A DNA stretch of 64,000 nucleotides from an uncultured Chloroflexia bacterium (GTDB lineage: Bacteria > Chloroflexota > Limnocylindria > Limnocylindrales > CSP1-4). Every line of letters begins with the position of its first letter. Within the stretch, counting starts at the first letter, position 1. The notes below the pieces were generated by a model. The model searched no databases. It was given only the letters and a program-made list of their open reading frames with translations, and was not told where the DNA came from. Position numbers and translations under genes: made by a program. This document shows positions 1 to 10,846 of the stretch, in pieces. The stretch covers positions 714,480 through 778,479 of the forward strand of contig CAWKHG010000005.1 of assembly GCA_963849405.1 (NCBI GenBank), written 5' to 3'.

Positions 1-1170
1 GCCTCGTTCAGCAAGATGCACCACGAGTCGAACTTCGCGTACCACGAGATCCTCAACGCGGCCACCCTGCCGTCGCAGCCGTATGGCTCGCTCATGCCGT
101 CCGCGGTCAAGGGCCGCCTCTCGATGGTCCGGCGGGTGCCGGTCGGGGTCGTCGGGGCGATCACCCCGTGGAACTCGCCGTCGGTCCTCGGGATGCGCGT
201 GGTGGCGCCGGCCCTGGCTCTCGGCAACGCGGTCGTCCTCAAGCCCGATCCGCAGACGCCGGTCGTCGGCGGGGCGATGTTCGAGGCGGTCTTCCGCGAG
301 GCGGGCCTGCCCGAGGGTCTCCTCCGGGTCGTCGTCGGCGGCGCGGACGTCGGCGAAGCCCTCGTCACGGACCCGAACATCCCGGTCGTGTCGTTCACCG
401 GCTCGACGGCGGTGGGGCGGCGGGTCGGCTCGCTGGCGGGCGGGATGCTCAAGAAGGTCTCGCTCGAGCTCGGTGGCAACAACGCGTTCATCGTCCTCGA
501 CGACGCGGACCTCGATGCCGCCGCGGCGGCCGGGGCGTTCTCGTCCTTCCAGTTCCAGGGCCAGGTGTGCTTCGCGGCCGGGCGCCACCTCGTCCAGCGC
601 AAGGTGGCCGGCGACTACACCGCCGCGCTCGTCGAGAAGGCGAAGCGCCTTCGGCTGGGCGATCCGTATCGCGAGGACGTCCAGCTCGGGCCGATCGTCA
701 ACGAGAAGCAGCTCCGGCGCGTCGATGACATCGTCCAGCGCTCGATCGCCGACGGGGGCAGGATCCTCGAGGGCGGCACGCACGAGGGCCTCTTCTATCG
801 CCCGACGGTCATCACCGAGATCGGGTCCGCGTCGCCGGCCTGGACGGACGAGATCTTCGGCCCGGTCGCGCCGATCATGGTCGTCGACTCCGACGAGGAG
901 GCGATCGCCGTCGCCAACGGCAGCTCCTATGGGCTGGTCGCGTCGATCTACACGCGCTCGCTCGGCCGGGGCCTGGCGATGGCCGACCGGATGCGGACCG
1001 GCATGGTCCACATCAACGACGGCACCCTCAACGACGAGGCGATCATCCCGTTCGGCGGCATGGGTGAGTCCGGCAACGGCTCGCGCTACGGCGGCGAGGC
1101 GAGCCTCGACACGCTCACCGAGTGGCAGTGGGTCACCGTGCGCGACGAACCACCGACGTTCCCGTTCTGA
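1..1170 (+). CDS. aldehyde dehydrogenase family protein (N-terminus lies upstream of the window)
   Basis: Track ORF 16..1170; the frame stays open to base 1. ALDH motifs ITPWNSP and ELGGNNAFIVLDDADLD, plus the catalytic-Cys stretch FQGQVCFAAGRHLV. Confidence 0.9.
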   Translation, partial: ASFSKMHHESNFAYHEILNAATLPSQPYGSLMPSAVKGRLSMVRRVPVGVVGAITPWNSPSVLGMRVVAPALALGNAVVLKPDPQTPVVGGAMFEAVFREAGLPEGLLRVVVGGADVGEALVTDPNIPVVSFTGSTAVGRRVGSLAGGMLKKVSLELGGNNAFIVLDDADLDAAAAAGAFSSFQFQGQVCFAAGRHLVQRKVAGDYTAALVEKAKRLRLGDPYREDVQLGPIVNEKQLRRVDDIVQRSIADGGRILEGGTHEGLFYRPTVITEIGSASPAWTDEIFGPVAPIMVVDSDEEAIAVANGSSYGLVASIYTRSLGRGLAMADRMRTGMVHINDGTLNDEAIIPFGGMGESGNGSRYGGEASLDTLTEWQWVTVRDEPPTFPF

Positions 1171-1176
1171 TCGCGG

Positions 1177-2218
1177 ATGACGAGCGTGACATCCATCACC
1201 GACGTCGCCCGGTTGGCCGGCGTCTCGACGGCGACGGTCTCGCGGGTCGTATCCGAAGCGCCCTACGCCGTGAGCGCGGCGACGCGCGAGCGCGTCCTCG
1301 ATGCAGCCCGCGAGCTCGACTACGTCCCGAACGCGCTGGCCCGCGGGCTGCTGAAGAGCTACATCCCGGTCGTCGGCGTCATCGTCCACGACATCACCGA
1401 CCCGTACTTCAGCGAAGTCGTGCGGGGTGTCGAGGACGCCGCATCGCGGGGCGGCTTCCTGGTCATCACGTGCAGCTCCGACCGCGATCCTGAGCGCGAG
1501 CACTCCTACGTGCGCCTGCTCCGCTCGATGCGGGCCGCGACGCTGATCTTCGCGGGCTCCGGTCTCGACGATCCCGTCCTCAACAACGCGATGCGCCGGC
1601 ACACGGCGGCGATGCGGGCCTATGGCGCCGCGGTCGTGCATCTCTCCCCACATGCGTCCGGCGAGGCGGAGGTCGGCGTGGACAACGCGGCCGGGATCGC
1701 GAGCATGATCGCGGCCCTCGCCGGGGTGGGGCACCGCCACATCGCGCTCCTTGCCGGGCCGACCACGCTGTTCGTGTCCCGCCAGCGCCTGGACGGGTAT
1801 CGGCGCGGCCTCGAAGCGGTGGGCCTGCCGTTCGACGAGCGCCTCGTCGTGAGCACCGGGTTCAGCCAGGAGGGCGGCGCCCTCGGGATCGACCGGCTGC
1901 TCGCCGGGGAGGCTCCGTTCACGGCGGTCTCCGCGGCTACCGACCTCCTCGCGCTTGGTGCCATGCGCCGCCTGGCCGAGCTCGGCATCGACGTCCCCGG
2001 TCGGGTCTCCGTCGCGGGCTTCGACGACATCCAGACGGCGGCGATCACGGCGCCCAGTCTCTCGACGGTGCGGCTGCCACTCCACGAGATCGGCCGGCGC
2101 GCCTTCGAGTACGCGCGCGCGGGTGCTCGACGGGGGGAGCGGCGCCGCGCGCGTCTGGGATCGACTGCCCACCGGAGCGTCGTGCTTCGCAAATCGACCG
2201 GGACCCGCGCCCTCATGA
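1177..2218 (+). CDS. LacI-family transcriptional regulator (apparent 1-nt indel near the 3' end)
   Basis: HTH ITDVARLAGVSTATVSRVV followed by a periplasmic-binding-fold body (first ~340 aa of ORF 1177..2763). The frame reads through into the next gene. The neighbouring frame (ORF 1955..2218, ...GPAPS*) gives a TGA overlapping the next ATG (ATGA at 2215-2218), so I infer the true end there. Confidence 0.8.
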
Positions 2219-2972
2219 CGGGGACACTGGCCGGGCGCGTGGTCCTCATCACGGGCAGCAGCCGCGGGATCGGCGCGGAGGTCGCCGTCAAGGCTGCCGC
2301 CGAAGGCGCCACGGTCGCGGTGCACTACCACCGCGGCGCTGACGCGGCCGTAGCCACGCTGGAGCGGGTCCGCGCGGCCGGTGGGGGATGGCGACGTGTT
2401 CGCCGCGGACATCGCCATCGGGGCGGAGGCGGCGGGCCTCGTCCAGGCGGTCCTCGAGCGCTTCGGGCGTGTGGACGGCCTCGTCAACAACGCCGGCCGG
2501 ACGCTCGTCGGGCCGTTCCTCGAGACGGAGCCGGCCACCTGGGACGAGGTGATCGCCACGGACCTCAGCGCCGCCTTCCACACCTGCCGGGCGGTCCTGC
2601 CCTCGATGGTCGAGCGGGGCAGCGGGTCCATCGTCAACATCGCCTCGCGGCTCGGCCAGATGGGCGTGACGGAGACCGCCGCGTACAGCGCGGCCAAGGC
2701 CGGACTGATCGGCCTGACCCGCGCGCTCGCGCGCGAGTTCGGGCCGCGCGGGCATCCGGGTGAACGCGGTCGCGCCGGGCGTGACGATCACCGAGATGAC
2801 GACCGATCTCGTCGACAGCCCCGAGGGCCAGCGGCGGCTCCGGGACATGGCGCTCGGTCGGTTCGGGCGAGCGGACGAGGTGGCCGAGGCGGTCATCTTC
2901 CTGCTCTCCGACGCCTCGAGCCTGTTCCTCGGCCAGACGCTCAACCCCAACGCCGGGGGGTACATGCCGTGA
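2215..2972 (+). pseudogene. SDR-family oxidoreductase (FabG-like), read in three frame pieces
   Basis: MTGTLAGRVVLITGSSRGIG (Rossmann TGxxxGIG) in the 1177 frame. NNAG and YSAAK in ORF 2381..2992. IRVNAVAPG...GQTLNPNAGGYMP in ORF 2760..2972. Frame changes near 2385 (G-run) and near 2755. Confidence 0.85.
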
Positions 2973-2988
2973 CGTGTGAGGGCGGCTG

Positions 2989-4547
2989 GTGACGAAGATC
3001 GTGGACGTCCGCGAGGCGGTCGGCCTGGTCCGCGACGGGGCGACGGTCGTCATCGGCGGGTCGGGCGCCGGGCACGCGCTCCCCCAGAAGTTCATCGACG
3101 AGCTCGCGGCCGCCTACACGGAGACCGGGCGCCCGCGCGACCTGACGACGGTCCGCGTGGTGGGGATCGGCGACTTCGCCGACCGCGGGTTCTCCCAGCT
3201 CGGCCTGCCCGGGCTCATGCGGCGGACGATCGGCAGCAACATCGGCAACGAGCCCCGCCTCGGCGCGCTGGTCGAGGCGAACGAGGTCGAGTCGTACTCG
3301 TTCCCGCAGGGCGTGCTCTCCGAGCTGATGCGCGAGATCGCGGCCGGCCGGCCGGGCGTCGTGACCCAGGTGGGCCTGGGCACGTACGTGGACCCGCGCC
3401 AGACGGGGGGCAAGCAGAATGCCCGGACGACCGAGGACCTCGTCGAAGTCGTGACGTTGCGCGGACGGGAGTGGCTCCTGTTCCACGCGTTCCCCATCGA
3501 CGTCGCCGTCATCCGCGGGACGACCGCCGACGAGGACGGCAACCTCACGATGGAGGGCGAGGCCGTCCAGGGCGAGATGCTTGCCATGGCGATGGCCGCC
3601 CGGAACAGCGGCGGGATCGTCATCGCCCAGGTCCGCCAGCTCGCGACCCGGGGCAGCCTGCGAATGCGCGACGTGAATGTGCCGGCGGCGCTCATCGACT
3701 ACGTCTACGTCGACCCGGACCAGTGGCAGACCTACATCACGAAGGACTCGCCCTATTACGCCGGCGCGCTCCGCCGACCGGTCAGGCCGGAGCCGCCGCT
3801 GCCGCTCGACGTCCGCAAGATCATCGCCCGCCGCTCGCTGCTGGAGTTCCCACCGGGCGCCATCTGCAACCTCGGGTTCGGGATCAGCCAGCTCATCGGC
3901 CGGGTCGCCTGGGAGGAGGGCATCACGGACCAGCTCGTGCTGACCGTGGAGCAGGGCATCTTCGGCGGCGTGCCGGTGGCCGGGAACGAGGGTGGGGCCG
4001 GGTTCAACTACCAGGCGATGATCGACCAGCCGTACATGTTCGACTTCTACGACGGCGGCGGGCTCGACGTGGCCAGCCTCTCGTTCGCCGAGGTGGATGC
4101 CGAGGGCAACGTCAACGTCCATGCCTTCGAGGGCCGGGTCCGCGGGCCGGGCGGGTTCCCGAACATCAGCGCGCGCACGCCGAAGATCAACTTCGTCGGG
4201 ACGCTGACGGCGCGCGGGCTCGAGCTCGAGATCGATGGCGGCGTCCGCATCGCGAGCGAGGGCAGCCTCGGCAAGTTCGTGCCGAAGGTCAGGGAGATCT
4301 CCTTCAACGGCCGGCTCGCCCGCGAGCGTGGCCAGCAGGTCCGCTATATCACCGAGCGGGCCGTGTTCGCCCTCGAATCCGACGGTCTCGTGCTCACCGA
4401 GGTCGCCCCGGGCATCGACCTCGAGCGCGACGTCTTCGGGCAGATGGGCTTCCGCCCCCGCGTGGCCGACGAGTCAAGCCGATGGACGCGCGCCTGTACG
4501 CGACCGGCCCGATGGGCCTGGCCGCGACGATGGGGCGGGCCTCGTGA
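2989..4547 (+). CDS. acyl-CoA:acetate/3-ketoacid CoA-transferase (fused family-I, YdiF-like), one frame change near 4470
   Basis: First ~495 aa of ORF 2989..5826 (GTG start; GATVVIGGSGAGHALP, GNLTMEGEAV, TVEQGIFGG). The C-terminal tail KPMDARLYATGPMGL...* is in the ORF 2976..4547 frame. The rest of the 945-aa ORF is Arg/Pro-rich read-through. Confidence 0.85.
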
Positions 4548-5323
4548 GCGGGCTCGTCTCGCTCGTGCTCGGCCGGGTCGCCCAGCTGGAGCTCGTCAAC
4601 CCGCCGCTCAACCTCGTCACCCGCGACCTGCTGCTCGAGCTCGACGCCGCGCTTGCGACCCTCGCCGCGGCGCCCGCGGGCGATGTCAGGGCAGTGGTCG
4701 TGAGCGGGCGCGGGGAGCGCGCGTTCTCGGCGGGCTCGCATGTCGGCGAGTTCGAGGCGCAGCGTGGACCGGCCGGCCGCGAGCGCCACGAGCTCGAGTC
4801 GGGCGTCGCCAGCCGGCTCGCCGCGCTGCCGATGCCGACGATCGCCGCCATCGAGGGCAACGCGCTGGGCGGCGGCCTGGAGCTGGCGCTGTGCTGCGAC
4901 CTGCGCATCGCCTCGGAGCGTGCCAGGCTCGGCCTGCCAGAGGTGCGCCTCGCGGTCGTCCCGGGCGCCGGCGGCTCGCAGCGTCTGCCGCGGGTCGTTG
5001 GGGTGGCCCGGGCGCGGGAGCTGATCCTGACCGGCCGGGTCGTCGACGCCGCGGAGGCCGCACGGATCGGCCTCGTCCACGAGGTCGTGGCGGCCGGCGG
5101 CGCGGTCGCCCGGGCCACCGAGATCGGCGAGGAGATCGCGGCGCGCGGACCCATCGCGGTGCGCGAGGCGAAGCGCCTGCTCGACCTGGCGACCGAGACC
5201 GACATCGACACCGGACTGGCGGCCGAGACGGAAGCCTCGCTCCGGATCTTCGAGACCGAGGACATGCTCGAGGGTGCACGGTCCTTCCTCGAGAAACGCG
5301 ACCCCGACTACCGGGGTCGGTAG
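4544..5323 (+). CDS. enoyl-CoA hydratase/isomerase (crotonase) family protein
   Basis: C-terminal 259 aa of ORF 4235..5323. GTG at 4544 overlaps the upstream TGA (GTGA). Crotonase motifs VVVSGRGERAFSAGSHV and AIEGNALGGGLELALCCDLRIA. Confidence 0.9.
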   Translation: MSGLVSLVLGRVAQLELVNPPLNLVTRDLLLELDAALATLAAAPAGDVRAVVVSGRGERAFSAGSHVGEFEAQRGPAGRERHELESGVASRLAALPMPTIAAIEGNALGGGLELALCCDLRIASERARLGLPEVRLAVVPGAGGSQRLPRVVGVARARELILTGRVVDAAEAARIGLVHEVVAAGGAVARATEIGEEIAARGPIAVREAKRLLDLATETDIDTGLAAETEASLRIFETEDMLEGARSFLEKRDPDYRGR

Positions 5324-5350
5324 AAAACCTTTGCACGAGGTGGAGCGCAT

Positions 5351-6394
5351 ATGAGCAACGTCGGGCGTTTCGGGGTCTTCCTGCCCACGTACGTCTGGAA
5401 GGGCGACGGCGCGGAGCGTGCGCGGGGCATCAAGGCCTTCGCCCGGACGGTGGAGGAGCTCGGCTTCGACTCGCTGTTCGTCACGGACCACCTGCTGGCC
5501 GCGAAGCGCTTCTACAGCGTGAACTGGCTCGAGCCGCTGGCCACGCTCGCCGTGGCGGCCGGAGCAACCGAGCGCGTCCGGCTCGGGACCTCGATCCTGA
5601 TCATGCCGCTGCGCAATCCGGTCATCCTGGCCAAGGAGCTGGCCACGCTCCAGTTCCTTTCCGACAACCGGATGATCCTGGGCGCGGGCGTCGGCTGGAA
5701 CGACACGGAGTACGAGGCCGTCGGCGTGCACAAGTCCGAACGCGGCAAGCGCACGGACGAGATGCTCGAGATCATGATGCCGCTGCTCCAGGGCGAGACG
5801 GTCACCCACCACGGCACCTTCTATAACCTCGACGAGGTGTTCATCGAACCGCGGACGACCGAGCGGCCCCTGCTGTGGATCGGTGGCGGATCGCAGCTGG
5901 CCGACCCCAAGTCGCCGGACGTGCCGCGATTCGTCGAATCGGTCAAGGCCCGGACCGTCCGGGCCGATGGCTGGATCCCGCGGCCGACGTGCCCGCCGGC
6001 CGATATCGCCCGCGACTGGGGGCAGCTCCAGGCGGCGTTCCGGGAGGCCGGTCGGTCCCCGTCGGAGTGCCTGGTCGCGCACGAGAACTTCCTGCACCTG
6101 GTCCTGACGAACGACCCGGCCAAGGCGCGCGAGGAGCAGCACCGGGCGTTCCTCCAGGTGATGAGCTCGGAGCGTGGACCCGACTACCTAGAGACGGTCT
6201 ACCTCTTCGGGACGCCGGACGAGGTCATCGCCTCGCTCCAGGCCCGGGTCGACGCCGGAGTCGAGTACTTCTTCCTCCACACGATGACGCCCGACCCGGC
6301 GCAGCTTCGGCAATGGATCGACGAGATCATCCCCAACGTCACGTTCCCGCCGACCGCCGGGCCGGTCCGCCGACCGCCGTCCCCCTGGCGATGA
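5351..6394 (+). CDS. LLM-class (luciferase-like, probably F420/flavin-dependent) oxidoreductase
   Basis: Intact ORF 5351..6394. ELGFDSLFVTDHL, LGTSILIMPLRNPVILAKELATL, LGAGVGW. Confidence 0.85.
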   Translation: MSNVGRFGVFLPTYVWKGDGAERARGIKAFARTVEELGFDSLFVTDHLLAAKRFYSVNWLEPLATLAVAAGATERVRLGTSILIMPLRNPVILAKELATLQFLSDNRMILGAGVGWNDTEYEAVGVHKSERGKRTDEMLEIMMPLLQGETVTHHGTFYNLDEVFIEPRTTERPLLWIGGGSQLADPKSPDVPRFVESVKARTVRADGWIPRPTCPPADIARDWGQLQAAFREAGRSPSECLVAHENFLHLVLTNDPAKAREEQHRAFLQVMSSERGPDYLETVYLFGTPDEVIASLQARVDAGVEYFFLHTMTPDPAQLRQWIDEIIPNVTFPPTAGPVRRPPSPWR

Positions 6395-7255
6395 CCCGTC
6401 GCGTCGGCCTGATCGGCAAACCGCTCAAGCGCCGGCACTCGCAGGTCATGCACGACGCCGCGTTCGACGCCGCGGGGATCGACGCGCGCTACGTCCTGCT
6501 CGAGCTCGACGCGGACGCGGTCGCCGGGGCCGTCGCCGAGGCGCGCGCGAGCGATGCCTGGCTCGGGCTCGGCGTGACGGCGCCGTACAAGCTCGTGGTG
6601 GCCGGCCTGTGCGACACGATCGACGACGACGCGGCGGGCATCGGCGCGGTCAACAACGTCGCGCGGACGGCCGACGGCCGGCTCGTCGGGTTCAACACGG
6701 ATGCCCCCGGGTTCCAGGCCGGCGTGGAACGGGCGATGGGCCGGCCGCTGGCCGGGGCGGAGGTCGTGGTCGTGGGAGCCGGTGGCGCGGCGCACGCGGT
6801 GGTCTTCGCCTGCCTGCGCGCGGGCGCGGCGCGCGTGGCCGTGGCCAACCGGACGGTCGAGCGGGCGGCCGCCCTGGTGGAGCGGTTCGCCGGCGTGGGC
6901 TCGGGCGCGCGCCGGGCGATCGGGCTCGATGCGGGCGCATGCCTTCGAGGGCGCGCTGGCCACCGCGGACCTTGCCGTCAACGCGACGACGGTCGGGATG
7001 GTGGACCCCGGCGCCACGATCCCGGTCGAGCGCCTGCCGGCCACGGCGACGGTCTTCGACCTCGTGTACGTGCCCGCCGAGACGCCCCTCGTCGCGGCCG
7101 CCCGTGCGCGCGGCCTGCGGGCGGCGAACGGATCCGAGATGCTCATCGCCCAGGCCGCTATCGCGTTCGAGCGCTGGACCGGCGTCGGCGGCATGGCCGA
7201 CGTCATGCGCGCGGCCGTCGCCCCGCTCCTGGCCGACGCGACCGCGCGAGCCTGA
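6391..7255 (+). CDS. aroE: shikimate dehydrogenase-like protein, one frame change near 6930
   Basis: ATG 6391 overlaps the upstream stop (ATGA). GKPLKRRHSQVMHDAAFDAAGIDARYV, GLGVTAPYK, GFNTDAPGF, VVVGAGGAAHAV in the ORF 5875..8136 frame. C-terminal DLAVNATTVGM...VFDLVYVPAETPL in ORF 6701..7255. Confidence 0.8.
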
Positions 7256-7258
7256 CCG

Positions 7259-8110
7259 ATGCGCCTGGCGACGATCCTGGAGGACGAACGGCCCGCCGTC
7301 GCGGTGGTGGAGGGGGATCGCTGCCTGCCGCTGCCACCGGACGGCGGTCTGGGCGCCTCGATCCGCGAGATCGCCGCGGGCGGCCCCGACGCGCTCCATC
7401 GGATCGCCGCGTGGGTGGACGCGCAGCCGCGGGGCGGCGGCCGGCCGCTCGACGACGTCGACTTCCTTGCCGCGATCCCGGATCCGGGCGCGATCTACAC
7501 GGTCGGCCGGAATTACCGCTCCGGCGACGACGGGCCCGACCACGACACCCCGCCGCGACCGTTGATCTACGGCAAGGCCGCCACGTCCGTGGCCGGGCAC
7601 GGCGCCGTCCTCAGGTGGGACCGCTCGCTGACCGCCAATGTCGATCCGGAGTGCGAGCTTGGCGTGGTGATCGGGGCGACGGCAACGGCCGTCGAGGCGG
7701 AAGCGGCGATGGCCCACGTGTTCGGCTACACCTGTATCGACGATGTCTCCTCGCGCGACGCGTGGCTCGACGGCGACCAGTGGCTGCTCGGCAAGTCGAT
7801 GCCGGGTTTCTGCCCCGTGGGGCCATGGGTCGTCACCCCGGACGAGCTCGATCCGGCCGACTTGCGGCTCGGCTGCACGCTCAACGGCGTCGCGATCCAG
7901 GATGGCCGGACGACGGCGATGCGCACGTCGATCGCGGAGGTCATCGCCTATCTCAGCCGCCACGTCACGCTCCGACCCGGCGACCTCATCGCGTCCGGCA
8001 CGCCGCCCCGGCTCGCCGGTCCGCTCGGACCCGAACGGCATCTCGAGGCCGGCGACGTGGTGACGGTCTGGATCGAGGGCATCGGGGAGCTCACGACCAC
8101 CATCGCCTGA
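7259..8110 (+). CDS. fumarylacetoacetate hydrolase (FAH) family protein
   Basis: Intact ORF 7259..8110. AIYTVGRNY, ECELGVVIG, FGYTCIDDVSSRD, LLGKSMPGFCPVGPW, LRPGDLIASGTP. Confidence 0.9.
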   Translation: MRLATILEDERPAVAVVEGDRCLPLPPDGGLGASIREIAAGGPDALHRIAAWVDAQPRGGGRPLDDVDFLAAIPDPGAIYTVGRNYRSGDDGPDHDTPPRPLIYGKAATSVAGHGAVLRWDRSLTANVDPECELGVVIGATATAVEAEAAMAHVFGYTCIDDVSSRDAWLDGDQWLLGKSMPGFCPVGPWVVTPDELDPADLRLGCTLNGVAIQDGRTTAMRTSIAEVIAYLSRHVTLRPGDLIASGTPPRLAGPLGPERHLEAGDVVTVWIEGIGELTTTIA

Positions 8111-8132
8111 CCCCAGGCCAGGAGGAGCCACC

Positions 8133-8921
8133 ATGAAACCGCCGACCGTGTTCCTTGGCGAGATGACCAGCCCGGAGGTCGAGGCCTTCCTGCGCGAGCA
8201 CCAGACCGTCATCGTGCCGACCGGCTCGACCGAGCAGCACGGCCCGCACGGCCCGCTCCTCACGGACGTCCTCGTCCCGAACGAAGTGGCTCGCCGGGTC
8301 GCCCCGCAGGTCGGCGCGCTCGTGGCGCCGCCGATCAACTACGCGCTTTCCTATCCGCACGTCGGGTTCACGGGCGTCGTCCATATCCGGATCCCGACGT
8401 TCATGGCCCTCATCGAGGACCTGTGCGCCTCGCTGGCGTCGATCGGCTTCCGGCGGATCGTCTTCCTCAACGGACACTACGACAACACGTACGCGATCGC
8501 CTACGCCTGTGCGGCGGCGGCCGAACGCCTGCCCGAGGGCACCCGCGCCTTCCCGGTCAACTACTGGGACGGCATGACGCCCGAGCAGGCGGCGGAGTAC
8601 TTCGGGCCGTCGACCGGCCTGCACGCGAACCGTGCCGAGACCTCGGCCGTGCTGGCGATCGACCCCGGGCTCGTGGACCTCGACCGGGCGAACGCCGAGA
8701 TGCCCCCGTTCCCCGAGGTCACGAGCCCCGGGCCGGTCCACACGGCGTTCTTCTTCTCCGCGCCGGGCTCCGTCCACCGGGCCACCCAGTCGGGCACGTG
8801 GGGCGACGCGCGCGAGGCGACCGCCGAGTACGGCGAGCGCTACATCCAGGTCGTGACCGAGGCGACGATGCGGATGCTCGACGACATCGAGCGGACGTTC
8901 GAGGCGATGCCGCCGCGCTGA
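8133..8921 (+). CDS. creatininase-family amidohydrolase
   Basis: Intact ORF 8133..8921 with a strong SD (AGGAGGAG) upstream. VIVPTGSTEQHGPHGPL, FLNGHYDN, GLHANRAETS. Confidence 0.85.
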   Translation: MKPPTVFLGEMTSPEVEAFLREHQTVIVPTGSTEQHGPHGPLLTDVLVPNEVARRVAPQVGALVAPPINYALSYPHVGFTGVVHIRIPTFMALIEDLCASLASIGFRRIVFLNGHYDNTYAIAYACAAAAERLPEGTRAFPVNYWDGMTPEQAAEYFGPSTGLHANRAETSAVLAIDPGLVDLDRANAEMPPFPEVTSPGPVHTAFFFSAPGSVHRATQSGTWGDAREATAEYGERYIQVVTEATMRMLDDIERTFEAMPPR

Positions 8922-8941
8922 GGCTGCGGCGAAACGGGCCG

Positions 8942-10136
8942 TCAACCTGCTTCGGCGACCCAGGCTCCTCCGCGCATCACCCGGCGGACGTTGAGCGCGG
9001 CGTCGAGCTCCACGAGATCGGCCCGCTGGCCCACCGCGATGCGGCCGCGATCGGCGATCCCGAGCAGGGCCAGCGGATTGTGGCTGGCCGCGGCGACGGC
9101 GGCCGGCAGCGGCACCCCCGATGCCACGAGGTTCCGGACCGCGGTGTCCAGGGCGATCACGGACCCGGCCAGCGTCGACGTTCCCACGAGGGTCACGCGC
9201 TGGCCGACGACCTCCACTTCGAGGCTGCCGATCCGCCCGCGACCGTCGCCCGTCCCGGCGAGCGCGATCGCGTCGCTGACGAGCAGCAGCCGGTCCGCCG
9301 GCTTCAGCCGGGTGATGAGCGGCCACAGCGCCGGATGGACGTGGATCGCCGTCGGCGATGAGCTCCACGTACGCCTCGTCGTCGAGCAGGGCGGCCACGG
9401 CGAGGCCCGGGGCCCGGTGCTCGACGCCGCTCATGGCGTTGAAGAGATGGGTCGTGGACGTCCCGCCGGCCGCGTAGCCCGCCCGCGCCTCGTCGAAGCG
9501 TCGCCGCCGAGTGGCCCATCGAGGTCGCCACGCCCCGCTCGCGCAGCCAGCCGATGAGGTCCGTCGCGCCGGGCAGCTCGGGCGCGATCGTGAGCAGCCG
9601 GAGGCCGTCGAGGAGCGGCTCGAGCGCCGGGCGCGGGACGTCCGCCGGGACCTGGAGGCTGGCCGGGTCGTGGGCGCCCCGCCGGGCTTCGGCGATGAAC
9701 GGCCCCTCGAGGTTGAAGCCGAGCGGCGCCGCTCCGTCGGCCGGGGCCTCCGGCAGCCAGCTCGCGCACCTCGCTCGGCGAACCGGGCCAGGGCCGGCAG
9801 CGGCGCCGTGACGGCGGTGGGCAGGAACGACGTGACGCCGTGGCGGAGAAGGTGGCGGGCCATCCCGTCCAGCGCCGCGCGGCCGCCCATCGCGTCGTGG
9901 CCGCCCCCGCCGTGGACGTGGACGTCGACGAACCCGGGCGCGATGTACGGACGCTCGGACTCGGCCGATGCGTCGGCCCCCGCCGACGCATCCGCGTCGA
10001 CCGCGACGATCACCCCGTCCTCGATGCCGATCCGGCCGACGCGCCACCCGGTCGTCGAGGACCAGGCGCCCTTCGACAGTGGTCGTTCGTCGTCACGCGC
10101 CACCGGGGGTGCGCCCGAGGTCCCGGGCCTCGACAT
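8942..10136 (-). pseudogene. nagA: N-acetylglucosamine-6-phosphate deacetylase, at least 4-5 frame changes
   Basis: Pieces lie in three minus frames. APGFVDVHVHGGGGHD (ORF 8091..10136). FNLEGPFI...TIAPELPG...MGHSAAT (ORF 9304..10047). THLFNAMS...YVELIADG (ORF 8091 frame again). HVHPA...LLLVSDAIALAG...TLAGSV...VMRGGAW (ORF 8942..9217 frame). The probable real start is GTG 10103. Confidence 0.85.
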
Positions 10137-10846
10137 CGAACTTCACGTCCAGCGCGTACCGATCGGCCGCGTAGATGGACTCGGTCGCCTCGATCCGCCG
10201 GCCGTGGTGATCGAGGATCACCCGGCGTTCGACCAGCAGCGGATCGCCGGTCCGGATCTGCAGCAGCCGTGCCTCCTCGGCACCGGCGGCGGCCGCGGCG
10301 ATCGTGCCGGTGCCGCGACGTGGGCACGAACCCGGCCCGCGCGAGTGCTTCATGCAGCGAGCCGCCGGTCGAGGTCCGCGGCCATGACAGCGTGGCGCGC
10401 ACGCCTCGATGAGCACCGTCGACTCGAGCGCGATCGGCTCGCCATCCGCCTGGCGCAGCCGCACCAGGTGGACGATCGGCTCGCCCGGCGCGATCCCGAG
10501 GCTCTCGGCCTCGGCGGTCGACGACGGGCGGATCGCCCGCGTCAGCATCCGCGAGCTCGGCACGCGGCCGGCCCGGAGCATCTCCTGGGTGAACGTCATG
10601 AGCCGGTTGGCCCGGCGGTGGGCCGGCGGCTGGTGCCACGAAGCTGCCGCGGCCGGGCTCGCGGCGGATCAGGCCGTCCTCGGCCAGCCGGTGCATCGCG
10701 TTGCGCGCCGTCATGCGGCTGACGCCGAACTCGGTGCACAGCTCGGCGTCCGACGGCAGGCGCTCGCCGGCGGCCAGGGTCGAGATCCGCAGGCGCAGGG
10801 CCTGCTCGATCTGGCGGTACTGCGGCTGGTAGCCCTGTTCGGTCAT
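10093..10846 (-). pseudogene. GntR/HutC-family regulator with UTRA domain (DasR/NagR-like), at least 3 frame changes
   Basis: wHTH MTEQGYQPQYRQIEQALRLRI...LPSDAELCTEFGVSRMTARNAMHRLAEDGLIRREPGRGSFV in the ORF 10010..11368 frame. UTRA part in ORF 10093..10599, with an internal excursion back to the other frame (SLHEALARAGFVP). Confidence 0.8.

Noticed and set aside
1177-2763. 528-aa ORF that looks like a LacI-SDR fusion protein.
   Set aside because: The LacI fold ends at ...VVLRKSTG. The neighbouring frame gives a stop overlapping the SDR ATG (ATGA), and the 3' half of the ORF is out-of-frame Arg/Gly-rich sequence. It is best explained by a 1-nt indel, not a domain fusion.
2989-5826. 945-aa ORF suggesting a giant CoA-transferase.
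   Set aside because: Only the first ~495 aa look like protein. The true C-terminus and stop (4547) are in the adjacent frame, and the remainder overlaps the crotonase and LLM genes out of frame.
4394-6142. Many long ORFs antisense to or overlapping the called genes. Examples: 4394..6142(-) 582 aa, 2941..4122(-), 6692..8338(-), 27406..28929(-), 28866..30011(-), 29504..31189(-), 36422..38245(+), 39961..42030(+), 51889..53634(-), 58427..60607(-), 61688..63835(-).
   Set aside because: Their translations are monotonous Arg/Pro/Gly/Ala strings with no motifs, while the opposite or alternate frame carries clear conserved proteins. These are typical shadow ORFs of very GC-rich DNA, where stop codons are rare in all frames.
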